Below, in pieces: positions 10,641 through 21,024 of a DNA stretch of 53,609 nt (positions are counted from its first letter, which is position 1; the number at the start of each line of letters is the position of its first letter). A program made the translations under genes and the position numbers. Under the pieces are notes generated by a model, which saw only the letters and a program-made list of their open reading frames with translations, was not told the origin of the DNA and did no database searches. The DNA lies in contig DBHR01000046.1 of NCBI GenBank assembly GCA_002296225.1, positions 3,291 through 56,899 of the forward strand, read 5' to 3'. The stretch comes from Acidobacteria bacterium UBA823 (lineage in GTDB: Bacteria; Acidobacteriota; Vicinamibacteria; Vicinamibacterales; UBA823).

Positions 10641-11075
10641 GTGATAAGGACGTTCGTCGCCACGCCGAAGAGCGTGGAGCGCAAGTGGCATGTGATCGAC
10701 GCCAGAGGCAAGGTCCTCGGACGGGTCGCAACGGTCGCAGCGCGCCTACTTCAGGGCAAGCACCGTCCTCAGTACACACCGTTCATCGACACCGGTGACC
10801 ACGTCATCGTTGTCAATGCCGCGCAGGTCAAGTTGACCGGTGATAAAGAAGACCAGAAGCTCTATCGACGGCACAGCGGCTATCCGGGTGGGCTTCGAGA
10901 ACAGCGCGCGAAGGTCGTTCGCCGAGAACAGCCGACCCGACTCGTCGAAAAGGCCGTGCGTGGCATGCTCCCCAAAACTAAGCTGGGCAGTGCGATGTAT
11001 CGAAAACTGAAGGTCTATACTGGAGCAGACCATCCACATACCGCCCAGAAACCCACCACGCTCAAGGTCGCGTAA
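10641..11075 (+). CDS. rplM: 50S ribosomal protein L13
   Basis: [48 protein letters not shown]. Confidence 0.98.
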   Translation: MIRTFVATPKSVERKWHVIDARGKVLGRVATVAARLLQGKHRPQYTPFIDTGDHVIVVNAAQVKLTGDKEDQKLYRRHSGYPGGLREQRAKVVRREQPTRLVEKAVRGMLPKTKLGSAMYRKLKVYTGADHPHTAQKPTTLKVA

Positions 11076-11076
11076 C

Positions 11077-11469
11077 TTGGTCAACAACGAATTCTACGGC
11101 ACCGGACGTCGGAAGACATCAATTGCACGCGTCTTTCTCCGCCCCGGTACTGGCGCAATGCGGGTCAATTGTCAGTCGCTCGAAGTGAGTTTTCCAACAG
11201 AGGTGCTCCGAATGCAAATCCGGCAGCCACTGGAGTTGACCAAGACTCTCGACAAGTACGACGTGCTGGCGACGACAACTGGCGGCGGCAAATCCGGCCA
11301 GGCTGGCGCGATGCGGCTCGGCATTGCGCGGGCGCTGGTTAAGGCAAATACTGACCTGCGTCCCGACCTTAAGAAGGCCGGCTTCCTCTCTCGCGATCCA
11401 CGCATCAAAGAGCGTAAGAAGTACGGCTTGGCCGGCGCGCGTAAGCGGTTCCAGTTCAGTAAACGGTAG
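11077..11469 (+). CDS. rpsI: 30S ribosomal protein S9
   Basis: [44 protein letters not shown]. Confidence 0.98.
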   Translation: MVNNEFYGTGRRKTSIARVFLRPGTGAMRVNCQSLEVSFPTEVLRMQIRQPLELTKTLDKYDVLATTTGGGKSGQAGAMRLGIARALVKANTDLRPDLKKAGFLSRDPRIKERKKYGLAGARKRFQFSKR

Positions 11470-11528
11470 AACAGAGTGAGGACAAACCTGGGTCGCAATA
11501 TGGTAAGAACACTCACAGGAGAGAGAGC

Positions 11529-12326
11529 TTGACCGCGACCGCGTTGAAGGAGTTACTCGAATCCGGAGTGCACTTCGGCCATCAGACGAGGCGTTGGAAC
11601 CCAAAGATGAAGGAATACATCTTTGGTGAGCGAAACGGTATCTACATCATCGATCTCAGTAAGACAGCCAAGCTACTCAGTGCAGCTCAGCAGTTCGTCT
11701 CCACAACGGCTGCGGAGGGCCGCACCATCCTTTTCGTCGGTACGAAGCGCCAAGCCCAGGATGTGGTCCTTAAGGAAGCGAAGCGATGCCGTATGTTCTT
11801 CGTCAATCAACGGTGGTTGGGCGGCTTGCTGACCAACTTCACCACAATTCAGCGAAGCATCGGGCGCTTAAAAGATCTCGAAGCCATGGTTGAAGATGGA
11901 CGTTACGATACGCTGTCGAAGAAGGAAATCGCTAGACTTGAAAAGGAGAAGCGGAAGCTTCTGAAGAACCTCGATGGCATCCGAATGATGTCTCGACTGC
12001 CTGACGTGGTGTTCGTTGTCGACACGCGCAATGAAAAGATTGCTGTCGACGAAGCCCGCAAGTTGAAGATTCCGATTGTTGGTATCGTCGACACAAACTG
12101 TGACCCCGACGAAGTCGATTACGTCATTCCGGGTAATGACGACGCCCTCCGGGCCATCAAACTGCTCCTAGCCAAGATCGCCGATGCCGTCATCGAAGGT
12201 CTGAACGTGCGTGAGTCGGCTCAGGCCGAGCGCGCCACAAACGCCACCAACGGTAAGACATCGGGTGCACCAACTTCGGCCGTGTCCGCTAGCCCTGAAG
12301 AAGCGACTACCCCGGCATCCGCCTAG
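11529..12326 (+). CDS. rpsB: 30S ribosomal protein S2
   Basis: [44 protein letters not shown]. Confidence 0.98.
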   Translation: MTATALKELLESGVHFGHQTRRWNPKMKEYIFGERNGIYIIDLSKTAKLLSAAQQFVSTTAAEGRTILFVGTKRQAQDVVLKEAKRCRMFFVNQRWLGGLLTNFTTIQRSIGRLKDLEAMVEDGRYDTLSKKEIARLEKEKRKLLKNLDGIRMMSRLPDVVFVVDTRNEKIAVDEARKLKIPIVGIVDTNCDPDEVDYVIPGNDDALRAIKLLLAKIADAVIEGLNVRESAQAERATNATNGKTSGAPTSAVSASPEEATTPASA

Positions 12327-12351
12327 GCGCTACGCGTCGAAGAACCGCTCG

Positions 12352-12384
12352 CGCCGGCTTGATGATTTGCCGGCGTTGTTTTTG
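12352..12384 (+). terminator. terminator/attenuator-like hairpin between rpsB and tsf
   Basis: CGCCGGC (12352-12358), 10-nt loop, GCCGGCG (12369-12375), then TTGTTTTTG. Confidence 0.55.
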
Positions 12385-12430
12385 TACGGAGCCCGCCAAG
12401 TGGGCCATTTGCCTGGACTGGAGAAGTTCA

Positions 12431-13033
12431 ATGAATATCTCGGCAACCGATGTCAAGGCTCTGCGCGACAAGACCGGCGCGGGCTTTATGGAATGCAAGT
12501 CCGCCCTCGCTGAGGCCGACGGTGACGCAGAACAGGCCATTACGATCCTACGCAAGCGCGGCCTCACCAAAGCCGCCAAACGGGCCGGCCGCTCGACCGA
12601 GCAAGGTGTCGTTGGCAGCTACATCCACACGGGCGGCAAAGTCGGAGTCCTCATCGAAGTGAACTGCGAGACCGATTTCGTCGCACGCACGGACGACTTC
12701 AAGGAACTCGTCAAGGAATTAGCGATGCACGTTGCGGCGACCAACCCACAGTACATACGGCGAGAAGACGTACCAGCGGCAACCGTTGAGCACGAAAAGG
12801 GTATCTTCCGATCGCAGCTCGAAGGCCAGAAAAAGCCAGCCCACGTGATCGATAAGATCCTCGAAGGCAAGCTCGAAGGCTATTACCGCGACACCGTCCT
12901 GCTGGACCAGCCATCAATTCGGGACTCCAAAATAACCATTAACCAACTTGTGGCGACCACCATCGCGAAGATGGGAGAAAACGTTACGATCTCACGTTTC
13001 GCTAGGTTTAAGATCGGCGAGGGTTCGACCTAA
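12431..13033 (+). CDS. tsf: elongation factor Ts (short ~200 aa form)
   Basis: VKALRDKTGAGFMECK, EVNCETDFVART, KLEGYY, ISRFARF. Start set to the ATG at 12431. Confidence 0.97.
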   Translation: MNISATDVKALRDKTGAGFMECKSALAEADGDAEQAITILRKRGLTKAAKRAGRSTEQGVVGSYIHTGGKVGVLIEVNCETDFVARTDDFKELVKELAMHVAATNPQYIRREDVPAATVEHEKGIFRSQLEGQKKPAHVIDKILEGKLEGYYRDTVLLDQPSIRDSKITINQLVATTIAKMGENVTISRFARFKIGEGST

Positions 13034-13100
13034 GGATTTTAATCGCCCAAGCGTAGCCAGCTCACCTTAACCCTGACGCCGATCTATAATCTCTGCGACC

Positions 13101-13817
13101 ATGGCCTCGCCCGCTTACCAGCGTGTCCTTCTCAAAGTCTCGGGAGAAGCGCTTCTTGGACCGGAATCTTTTGGAATCGATCCCAACGTAACTACTCAAA
13201 TAGCCAGAGAAATTGGTGAGGTTCACCATCTCGGCGTTGAAATCGCCGTCGTCATCGGTGGCGGTAACATCTTTCGCGGCCTTGCAGCTAGCGCACGTGG
13301 GATGGACCGTGCCACTGCCGATTACATGGGCATGCTGGCAACAGTCATTAATGCTCTTGCGCTACAAGACGCCCTCGAGCAGATCGACGTCATCACGAGA
13401 GTCGTAACCGCAATAGAGATGCGGGCGGTCGCAGAGCCGTTCATCCGCCGACGGGCAGTCCGCCACTTGGAGAAAAAACGCGTCGTGGTCTTTGCCGCTG
13501 GCACCGGGAATCCATACTTCACTACGGATACGGCCGCGGCACTACGCGCCGTCGAGATCCGGGCCGACGTCATCCTTAAGGGCACCAAGGTCGACGGAAT
13601 CTACACCGCGGACCCCATGAAAGATCTCAAAGCAACACGCTTCGACTCAATTTCTTACTTGCAGGTCCTCGAACAGGGCCTAAAGGTCATGGACGCAACC
13701 GCCGTCTCACTCTGCATGGACAACAAGCTACCGATCGTTGTCTTCAACCTGCAGCGACCCGGCAATCTGAAGCGTGCGATCATGGGAGAATCGATCGGGT
13801 CTCTGGTCACGGTATGA
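13101..13817 (+). CDS. pyrH: UMP kinase
   Basis: [43 protein letters not shown]. Confidence 0.98.
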   Translation: MASPAYQRVLLKVSGEALLGPESFGIDPNVTTQIAREIGEVHHLGVEIAVVIGGGNIFRGLAASARGMDRATADYMGMLATVINALALQDALEQIDVITRVVTAIEMRAVAEPFIRRRAVRHLEKKRVVVFAAGTGNPYFTTDTAAALRAVEIRADVILKGTKVDGIYTADPMKDLKATRFDSISYLQVLEQGLKVMDATAVSLCMDNKLPIVVFNLQRPGNLKRAIMGESIGSLVTV

Positions 13818-13839
13818 AAGAACAGCAAAGGAATGCACG

Positions 13840-14409
13840 ATGGACGTGAACGACCTAAAAACACTGTACGCCACGGTAGATAAGCGAATGAACAGCCTGC
13901 TCGAGCACACCCAACAAGAACTTTCGGGTGTACGGACTGGACGTGCCTCAGTGGCTATTCTTGACAGCGTGCACGTCGAGGCGTACGGGGCAACGGTACC
14001 GCTCAACCAGGTGGCTAGCCTCTCCATTCCCGAACCGATGCTCATAGCAGCACAACCCTTCGACCCCTCCTTAACGGATCTGATCGAAAAAGCGGTCCAG
14101 GCAGCTAATCTCGGTCTTAACCCGAGCAACGATGGCAAGATGATCCGAATCCCGATACCGCCACTGACCGACGACCGCCGGAGGGAGCTGTCACGGGTGG
14201 TGCATAAGCTCACTGAGGAGAGCCGCAACGGGGTTCGCCAAGTGCGTCGGGACGCGAACGATCAACTTAAGAAACTGCTCAAAGACAAAGACATCTCCGA
14301 AGATGAGAGACGTCGTGCACTGGAGCACATCCAGAAGCTCACCGACGATCACGTTAAGAAGATTGACGATCTCCAGAAGAAGAAAGACGACGAACTCCTG
14401 AACCGCTAA
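13840..14409 (+). CDS. frr: ribosome recycling factor
   Basis: RTGRAS, EAYG, PLNQVA, LGLNPSNDG, IPPLTDDRR. Start set to the ATG at 13840. Confidence 0.97.
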   Translation: MDVNDLKTLYATVDKRMNSLLEHTQQELSGVRTGRASVAILDSVHVEAYGATVPLNQVASLSIPEPMLIAAQPFDPSLTDLIEKAVQAANLGLNPSNDGKMIRIPIPPLTDDRRRELSRVVHKLTEESRNGVRQVRRDANDQLKKLLKDKDISEDERRRALEHIQKLTDDHVKKIDDLQKKKDDELLNR

Positions 14410-14443
14410 CGTCTAACGTAGGCGCTAGCCCTCCCCAGCCTTC

Positions 14444-15622
14444 ATGTCATACGTCTCGCATCTCGAGTGCTCCGCCGGTTGTGGCGCCGGCCCCTTTGAT
14501 CCGCGTGAGCGGCATCATCTCTGTTCATGCGGACTGCCACTATTGGTGCGCTATCGCATCAATCAAGTAGCCCAAAATTGGAACAAGTCCACCCTGCCAG
14601 ACCGCCCGCCGAACATGTGGCGCTATCAGGAGATGATGCCACTCATGGATGACGGCGATCCGGTGACGCTAGGCGAAGGGTTCACTCCGCTCTTGCACGC
14701 AACGTCACTTGGCCGAAGTCTCGGCCTGTCTGCGCTCTACGTCAAGGACGAATCGCTCAACCCAACCAATTCATTCAAGGCACGTGGTCTGTCCGCAGCA
14801 GTGACGCGCGCGCGCGCGCTTAATGCTCATACGCTGTCGGTGCCCTCAGCCGGAAATGCCGCTAACGCAATGGCGGCTTACGCGGCACAGGCCGGTCTGC
14901 CAGCGAAAGTCTTCATGCCGAAAGACGTTAAAAAACCATTTATCCGCGAATGTGAACTTTACGGCGCTGACGTCACGCTAGTCGACGGCCTCATCACTGA
15001 CGCGGGCCGCCTCGCAGCGAAGGTCGGTGACCCAATGGGTTGGTACGACGTATCAACGTTGAAAGAACCGTATCGGATCGAAGGAAAGAAGACGATGGCC
15101 TACGAACTGGCCGAGCAACTCGAGTGGCAGTGGCCGGACTGGATCATCTACCCGACGGGCGGTGGAACGGGAATGATTGGCATGTGGAAAGCGATGGACG
15201 AGCTCGAGGCTATCGGCTGGGTACCTAAAGGACATCGGCCGCGCATGGTCACAGCGCAGGCGTCTGGTTGTGCCCCCATCGTCAGGGCATTCGAACAAGA
15301 AACTGATTACGCTGAACCTTGGGCCGACGCCCATACTATCGCCGCCGGTTTACGGGTACCGAAAGCCATCGGCGACTTCCTCATCCTCCGTGCGCTACGC
15401 GAAAGTGGCGGGCGCGCGATCGCTGTCTCTGATGCCGACATGGTCCGTTACATGAAGGACCTCGGCCACTACGAAGGAATCAGCGCCGCGCCAGAGAGCG
15501 GCGCCGCCCTGGGCGCCCTTCATAAGTTGGTCGCGGACGGTTCCGTGAAGCCAGACGACACGGTCGTCCTGTTCAACACGGGCGGAGCGCTCAAGTACCT
15601 TGACGTATTGGATTCTGCCTGA
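14444..15622 (+). CDS. thrC: threonine synthase-like PLP enzyme (fold type II)
   Basis: TLGEGFTPL, KDESLNPTNSFKARG (PLP lysine), SAGNA, EGKKTMAYE, PTGGGTG, VLFNTG; N-terminal Cys cluster. Confidence 0.85.
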   Translation: MSYVSHLECSAGCGAGPFDPRERHHLCSCGLPLLVRYRINQVAQNWNKSTLPDRPPNMWRYQEMMPLMDDGDPVTLGEGFTPLLHATSLGRSLGLSALYVKDESLNPTNSFKARGLSAAVTRARALNAHTLSVPSAGNAANAMAAYAAQAGLPAKVFMPKDVKKPFIRECELYGADVTLVDGLITDAGRLAAKVGDPMGWYDVSTLKEPYRIEGKKTMAYELAEQLEWQWPDWIIYPTGGGTGMIGMWKAMDELEAIGWVPKGHRPRMVTAQASGCAPIVRAFEQETDYAEPWADAHTIAAGLRVPKAIGDFLILRALRESGGRAIAVSDADMVRYMKDLGHYEGISAAPESGAALGALHKLVADGSVKPDDTVVLFNTGGALKYLDVLDSA

Positions 15623-15732
15623 CGTCTGGCAGCCTAGATCGCTGAAGCAGATCACCATTGCGCACGCCATATGCTAAAATTAGGATTTGGTCGTCGTGCC
15701 GTCGTGACGTCGGCAGCGCACGCCTTCAAAAT

Positions 15733-15808
15733 GGGCGGCTAGCTCAGTTGGGAGAGCGCGGCGTTCGCAACGCCGAGGTCGAGGGTTCGAGCCCCTTGCC
15801 GTCCACCA
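15733..15808 (+). tRNA. tRNA-Ala (anticodon CGC)
   Basis: 76-nt cloverleaf. Acceptor stem GGGCGGC/GCCGTCC with the G3:U70 alanine identity pair, A73 and encoded CCA; anticodon arm CGGCG-TTCGCAA-CGCCG; T-loop GTTCGA. Confidence 0.97.
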
Positions 15809-15851
15809 CTCCATCCTGACAGAACCTCTGCTCTGACGTTGAAGTGGCAGC

Positions 15852-15881
15852 TTGACAGGAAATTTGTCCGACAGCCACAAT
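15852..15881 (+). promoter_or_regulatory. sigma70-like promoter, probably giving a leaderless mRNA
   Basis: TTGACA (15852-15857), 18-nt spacer, CACAAT (15876-15881); GTG codons follow at 15886 and 15889. Confidence 0.55.
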
Positions 15882-15885
15882 ACTC

Positions 15886-16251
15886 GTGGTGCCGATCTCA
15901 CGAATCACCAAGGAGGAACTCAAGGAACGCCTCGAAGGCGCTGCCGGCTCGGTGCCGGTTATCATTGATGTGCGACTGAAATACCCCTACGAGCACAGCA
16001 CCGTAACCCTGCCGGGCGCGCTGCGCGAGCCGGACCCATCGACCCTTCCGCGCGACCGTGAAATCGTCACGTATGATTCTGATCCCGAAGAGTTAGTGAG
16101 CGCAAAATTCGCAGCTAATTTAATCCGACAAGGATTCGAAGTCCGCGCTCTAAAGGGGGGAATCGCCGATTGGGTAGCCGCGAAGTTCCCAACCGATATA
16201 AAGGACGCACCGATGCAGGCACCCCCGAAGGCAGGTTCACTCAAGGGCTAG
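15886..16251 (+). CDS. single-domain rhodanese-like protein lacking the catalytic Cys
   Basis: ITKEELKERL, IIDVR, LPGA, LPRDREIVTY, GF.VRALKGGIADW. The active-site position reads YDSD instead of YCxx. Confidence 0.85.
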   Translation: MVPISRITKEELKERLEGAAGSVPVIIDVRLKYPYEHSTVTLPGALREPDPSTLPRDREIVTYDSDPEELVSAKFAANLIRQGFEVRALKGGIADWVAAKFPTDIKDAPMQAPPKAGSLKG

Positions 16252-16288
16252 CTTGTCGCTCTCTTGAGATTGGCCGTCATTCCACATC

Positions 16289-16984
16289 GTGCTTACCGGT
16301 TTGGTGCAACTCTTAACTCGAATCACCTTCGTTTTCTTGGCCCTGATGACAGGCCTGCCGGTACTGGGCCAAGCGCCTCAGAACCAAGACGCAAGAACGC
16401 TCGCCGAGGCGATCCAGAAGCGCTATGACCAGGTCCGTGACTTCTCTGCTGACTTCGTTCACGTGTACAAAGGTGGAACCCTCCGGATGCAGACCACCGA
16501 GCGCGGGACGGTGCTAATCAAGAAGCCGGGTAAGATGCGCTGGCAGTACAACACACCCGAAGACAAGCTGTTTGTCTCTGATGGGCGCACGATGTACGCG
16601 TACTTTCCTGCAGACGCTCAAGTCACGGTGAGCCTCATGCCACTAGACGATGAAGCCAGTGCGGCGGTATTGCTGCTTACCGGCAAGGGCGACCTCGTCA
16701 GAGATTTTCGTCCGGAGTACGTTGACCCCCCTGGATTCGCGTCGGACAGTTTCGCGCTCAGACTTGAACCAATCTCACCAACTCCGGATTACGAGTCCTT
16801 AATCTTAATCGTCGCTCGCAAGAACTTGGCACTGCGCCAATTAATCTCAACTGACCGACAGGGTGGCACATCGACCTTCCAATTCACCAATCTGGCGGAA
16901 AACCTAGGTCTCACCGATTCACATTTTTCATTCACAATCCCGCTAGACGTTGAGGTAACCAGACACAATATCGGTTCACAATGA
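16289..16984 (+). CDS. lolA: outer-membrane lipoprotein carrier protein
   Basis: Signal peptide; FSADF, ERGTV.IKKPGKMRWQY..PE.KLFVSDG, F.FTIP. Confidence 0.9.
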   Translation: MLTGLVQLLTRITFVFLALMTGLPVLGQAPQNQDARTLAEAIQKRYDQVRDFSADFVHVYKGGTLRMQTTERGTVLIKKPGKMRWQYNTPEDKLFVSDGRTMYAYFPADAQVTVSLMPLDDEASAAVLLLTGKGDLVRDFRPEYVDPPGFASDSFALRLEPISPTPDYESLILIVARKNLALRQLISTDRQGGTSTFQFTNLAENLGLTDSHFSFTIPLDVEVTRHNIGSQ

Positions 16985-17031
16985 CTCAGTCCACGCTCGA
17001 GGAATGTCCGGCGCGCTCGACTGGCGGCTTA

Positions 17032-17955
17032 CTAGACTAGCTGCGTTCGCTCCTGCGCGATTAGGGCGCGCAGCGCGACGGCTCGGTCACACACCTCAAA
17101 CTCCAGCCAATCTCCAGAGCTCAGTTGTCCCACCAGCGGCAGATCGGCCGTGATGACGATGGCCAACTTCGGGTAGCCTCCCGTTGTCTGTCCGTCCGCC
17201 ATCAAGATCATTGGCTGACCTGAACCCGGCACTTGCACTGTACCGGTCGGCGTGGCATCCGACAGCGTCCCGGCCGACGACACCAACTCGACCGGTGGAC
17301 CGGTCAAGCAATAACCCATACGATCGGACCGGCCACTGATCACATATCGCGACGTGCAAAACGTCTTGATCCCAGAGGGCGCACAGAGGTTATCCTGCGG
17401 GCCTAGCATCACACGGACTCGCGCACCGCCTTGTGGCAACTCAAGGGGAAAGCCCTGACGTCTAACGGGTTTCATCTGCTTTTCACCTACCGGCCGAAGC
17501 CGCAAGACGTCGCCAGCAGCCAATGCGCGGCCCGCTAGACCGCCGAATCGACTTGGCAGGTGCGTCGACCGACTTCCCAGTAATTCGGGCACATCGAACC
17601 CGCCTGCTGCTGCTAGATAAGCCCGAGCACCCCGACGCCGTTCACGAAATCGCAGGTTCGACCCGGCCGGCACAGGCACCGACTCATTCATCGGCATCGT
17701 GCGACCGTCGAGTACAAGGTCGAATTCAGCACCAGTGACCGCTACTCGTGTCGCCTGTTCAAAAACCAACTCCGGCCCGATTAGGGTGATTTCCAGCGTC
17801 GCCGCGCCAGCTGGGTTCCCCACCAGAACGTTAGCAAAACGATGCGAGCAGCGATCCATCGGTCCGGCTACGGGCACTCCAAGGTTTTGGAAACCCCACC
17901 TCCCAAGATCCTGCACTGTGCTCAACATTCCAGGCCTGGTCACGTGGATACCCAT
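17032..17955 (-). CDS. pxpC: 5-oxoprolinase subunit C / allophanate hydrolase subunit 2 family
   Basis: PGMLSTVQDLGR, GPMD, LEITLIGP, GARAYLA, SDRMGY, GTVQVP.SGQP.ILMADGQTTGGYPK. The ATG at 17955 overlaps the pxpB stop (TAATG). Confidence 0.88.
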   Translation of the reverse strand: MGIHVTRPGMLSTVQDLGRWGFQNLGVPVAGPMDRCSHRFANVLVGNPAGAATLEITLIGPELVFEQATRVAVTGAEFDLVLDGRTMPMNESVPVPAGSNLRFRERRRGARAYLAAAGGFDVPELLGSRSTHLPSRFGGLAGRALAAGDVLRLRPVGEKQMKPVRRQGFPLELPQGGARVRVMLGPQDNLCAPSGIKTFCTSRYVISGRSDRMGYCLTGPPVELVSSAGTLSDATPTGTVQVPGSGQPMILMADGQTTGGYPKLAIVITADLPLVGQLSSGDWLEFEVCDRAVALRALIAQERTQLV

Positions 17956-18662
17956 TAGGTGACCCCGCCCGTTGCACTCTTGCCTATTGCCTGCCGGAAT
18001 GCCTTTTCGTCTATCGGCACGAAACGTACGCTGTCTCCCACCGTGAACAATAACGGTTCGTCGCGAGCTGGGTCGAACGGGCATGTGGCCGTTCGCCCAA
18101 TAAGTTGCCATCCCCCAGGCGTTGTTAAAGGATAGATGCCGGTCTGGCAGCCGGCAATGCCCACGGTACCTGCCGCAACGGACAACCTTGGCGTCTCACG
18201 TCTGGGCATCGCGATCCGATCGTTTACACGACCCAAGTAAGCAAACCCCGGCACAAAGCCGAGCAGATAGACCCGATACGTTACTTCCGCGTGCATCTGT
18301 ATGACGTCGTCGGCTGAGCAGCCAGAATAATCCGCGACTGTGTTGAGGTCAGGCCCGTACACGCCGCCGTAACAGACTGGCACCTCCAGCGGCACCAGGG
18401 TTGGGGTCGGCTCTGGCATCGGGGACGTGACGTGGCGCGTGATAGCTGACGTCAGGGCTTCAAAATTCGTGCGTACCGGATCAAAGTAGACCGTAACCGC
18501 AGCATAACTCGAAACAACGTCGCGGACTCCTTCGATCCGCTCACGGCGAAGCTGCGCTGCGATCGCTATCACGCGCGCGTTCAGCGTTGGGTCGATCTCC
18601 GTGCCGAGCTCAACAACGACCGCCGAGTCTCCAGCCGGTCGGATCTCGACCAAGGTCGTCAT
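17955..18662 (-). CDS. pxpB: 5-oxoprolinase subunit B / allophanate hydrolase subunit 1 family
   Basis: PAGDSA, VPVCYGG.YGPDL, LGFVPGFAYLG, PRRETPR, GIYP..TPGGWQLIGRT. Confidence 0.9.
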   Translation of the reverse strand: MTTLVEIRPAGDSAVVVELGTEIDPTLNARVIAIAAQLRRERIEGVRDVVSSYAAVTVYFDPVRTNFEALTSAITRHVTSPMPEPTPTLVPLEVPVCYGGVYGPDLNTVADYSGCSADDVIQMHAEVTYRVYLLGFVPGFAYLGRVNDRIAMPRRETPRLSVAAGTVGIAGCQTGIYPLTTPGGWQLIGRTATCPFDPARDEPLLFTVGDSVRFVPIDEKAFRQAIGKSATGGVT

Positions 18663-20053
18663 GTAATGCTCAGTGCCGTCAAAAGCTTCGTGTGAATGTC
18701 TCCAAACGACCCGTTCGACATTACGATAACTTGATCGCCCTCCCGCGCCTCTCGCGTCACGACTTTCACGATCTCATCAACCTTTTGGAGGTGACGCGCC
18801 CTGACGCCACGCGCATTGAGCGCCGCTACCACGCGCTCTGGTGCTAGCCGGGCCACTTTGGGCAACGTCTTGCGATACACGGCCGGTAGCACGACTTCAT
18901 CGGCGTTCATTAGAGCCGACGTGAGGTCTGCCTCCATCGTCCGGTGACAGGCCGTTGCCGACCGTGGTTCGAAGATTGCCCAGACCCGCCGATCGGGATA
19001 CGCCGCACGCACCGCCGCCAGCGTTTCCGATACAGCGGTCGGATGATGCGCAAAGTCGTCGTAAACGGTGACACCTCGAACTTCGCCGCACACCTCGAGC
19101 CGCCGCCGCACTCCCTCAAACGAGGCTACGCCCTCCGCGATAGCAGCCGCATCCACTCCAGCGTCTACCGCCATCGCCGTGGCTGCCAAGACGTTTCGAA
19201 CGTTGTGGTCGCCGAACATCGGGCTCATGACGTCCGCGAACGGCTTGCCGTTGCGCTCGATACAAAATGCCGTTCCATCTCGACCCGGTGCTATCGCCAC
19301 GGCTCTCCAGTCGGCATCAGGCTGAAGCCCGAACGATTCAACGCGGCAACGAGCATCCGCACGCAGTGCCGATGCCTCCCCATTGTCGGCGCCAACTAGT
19401 AGAAGTCCCCGGTCGGGAACCAACCGAACCAGTCGACGGAACGCCACGCGAATGGCTTCCAGGTCATCATAAATGTCTGCGTGATCGAATTCGATGCTGC
19501 CGATAACAGCCACGTCCGGCAGATACTTGAGAAATTTCGCCGTCTTGTCGAAAAAAGCGCTGTCGTATTCGTCGCCCTCGATCACAAACTCACGGCCGCG
19601 ACCGAGTCGACAGCTGGTCCCGAAGTTCTTGGCTACCCCACCTAGCAACAGGCTCGGGTCCACTCCCGCACACGTCAGTAACCACGCGACCAACGCCGCG
19701 GTTGTCGTCTTCCCGTGCGTTCCAGCCACCACAAGCGACCGCGCCTCCCAAAGGAACTCGTCCCGTACGACCTCCGGTAGCGACGCGTAGCGCAACTTGC
19801 GATCGAGCACTGCTTCGAGCTCGGTGTTCCCACGTGAAATCGCGTTCCCGACAACGACCAGGTCCACATCATCACCAATCTGCTCTGCACGAAAGCCTTC
19901 AAACGGCTCAATCCCATCCGCTGCCAAAACGTCGCTCATCGGAGGGTAAATCGCCTGGTCGGATCCTTGAACGGTGACGCCACGCCGCTTGAGCAGGACC
20001 GCAAGGGTGGCCATGGCCGTGCCCCCAATACCTATGAAATGCAGGCGCCTCAT
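18659..20053 (-). CDS. mpl: UDP-MurNAc:L-Ala-gamma-D-Glu-mDAP ligase (murein peptide ligase)
   Basis: HFIGIGGTAM, YPPMS, VAGTHGKTTT, EGDEYDSAFFDK..KF, EFDHADIY, DDFAHHPTA, FEPRS, MSNGSFG.IH. Confidence 0.92.
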   Translation of the reverse strand: MRRLHFIGIGGTAMATLAVLLKRRGVTVQGSDQAIYPPMSDVLAADGIEPFEGFRAEQIGDDVDLVVVGNAISRGNTELEAVLDRKLRYASLPEVVRDEFLWEARSLVVAGTHGKTTTAALVAWLLTCAGVDPSLLLGGVAKNFGTSCRLGRGREFVIEGDEYDSAFFDKTAKFLKYLPDVAVIGSIEFDHADIYDDLEAIRVAFRRLVRLVPDRGLLLVGADNGEASALRADARCRVESFGLQPDADWRAVAIAPGRDGTAFCIERNGKPFADVMSPMFGDHNVRNVLAATAMAVDAGVDAAAIAEGVASFEGVRRRLEVCGEVRGVTVYDDFAHHPTAVSETLAAVRAAYPDRRVWAIFEPRSATACHRTMEADLTSALMNADEVVLPAVYRKTLPKVARLAPERVVAALNARGVRARHLQKVDEIVKVVTREAREGDQVIVMSNGSFGDIHTKLLTALSIT

Positions 20054-20973
20054 GAAACCGCCGCCTCCTCAAAGATCAGACGCGGCCTATCATCAGCAAT
20101 AAGGCGGGCCCGCACCCCGAGCGGCAAAGTGAGCGCCGCTCTCCGCGTATGACCAGAGGGAAAACCAAACACGACGGGGCCTCTGAAATCCGCAAGGAGG
20201 TCAGCGGCCGTCGCGCGGGCTGTGGGACATCCGGTTGGCTCATCGCAACTTGGCAACTCCCCCCAGATAACCGCTGACGCTGCAGCCAATACACCGCCCA
20301 AGCGCAACTGGGTTAGCATTCGATCGAGGCGATACGGGCGCTCGCCAACCTCATCGACAAACAACAAGAACGGCTTCTGCGGTGCAAACGCGTATGGCGT
20401 ACCGAGTGAGGCCACGAGTTGAGTCAGTGTACCGCCGAGCAATGTGCCGGTCGCCTCACCGGAATTCACCGTTTCAAGGCCGTCCGGTGCGAACTCCCCA
20501 GCCGGTTTGGCCATCATGGTCACGCGCTCCAATGACTCGCGATCGTACGCCGCCTCGCCCTTCGCCAGACGTCCGATAACTGTCGGACCATGGAACCCGA
20601 CCACCCCGCATCCGGTCGTGAGATGCACAAGTACGCTTGTTAGGTCGCTGTATCCAAGAAACACCTTCGGGTTCAACCGCAGTTCGTCGGGTGGGAGCCA
20701 AGGAAGCAGCTGGACGCTTCCATAACCTCCACGCGCTCCGACCAGGCCCGCTATATCAGGGTCCCGCCACGCCTTACGGAACGCTTCGGCTCTCTGCGAG
20801 GCCTCACCGGCAACGTAACCGAGCCTGGCGAAGACGTCCTCGTCGTAAACGGGATCGAATCCGAGTGCCCGTAACTCGGCAAGTCCAAGCTCAAACTCCG
20901 AACGGTCGAAGCCACTCGCCGGCGCGACGACCGCCAGGCGGTCGCCCGATCGAAGTGCCTTGGGCTTCAACAT
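20050..20973 (-). CDS. ldcA: muramoyl-tetrapeptide LD-carboxypeptidase (S66)
   Basis: ARGGYG, GYSD (catalytic Ser), FHGP, DEVGE (Glu), PSGH (His), LPLG. Confidence 0.9.
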   Translation of the reverse strand: MLKPKALRSGDRLAVVAPASGFDRSEFELGLAELRALGFDPVYDEDVFARLGYVAGEASQRAEAFRKAWRDPDIAGLVGARGGYGSVQLLPWLPPDELRLNPKVFLGYSDLTSVLVHLTTGCGVVGFHGPTVIGRLAKGEAAYDRESLERVTMMAKPAGEFAPDGLETVNSGEATGTLLGGTLTQLVASLGTPYAFAPQKPFLLFVDEVGERPYRLDRMLTQLRLGGVLAAASAVIWGELPSCDEPTGCPTARATAADLLADFRGPVVFGFPSGHTRRAALTLPLGVRARLIADDRPRLIFEEAAVS

Positions 20974-21024
20974 ACGCGCATCCAGCTACGCGACACGAAA
21001 TCAGAAAGTTCGCTTGGAGAACTG

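Noticed and set aside
14805-14819. (CG)n run in thrC as a phase-variation tract
   Set aside because: It is in frame (TRARA) in a conserved housekeeping enzyme and unsurprising at this GC content.
15733-16251. Integrated element at tRNA-Ala
   Set aside because: No integrase, no duplicated tRNA 3' end and no foreign cargo downstream.
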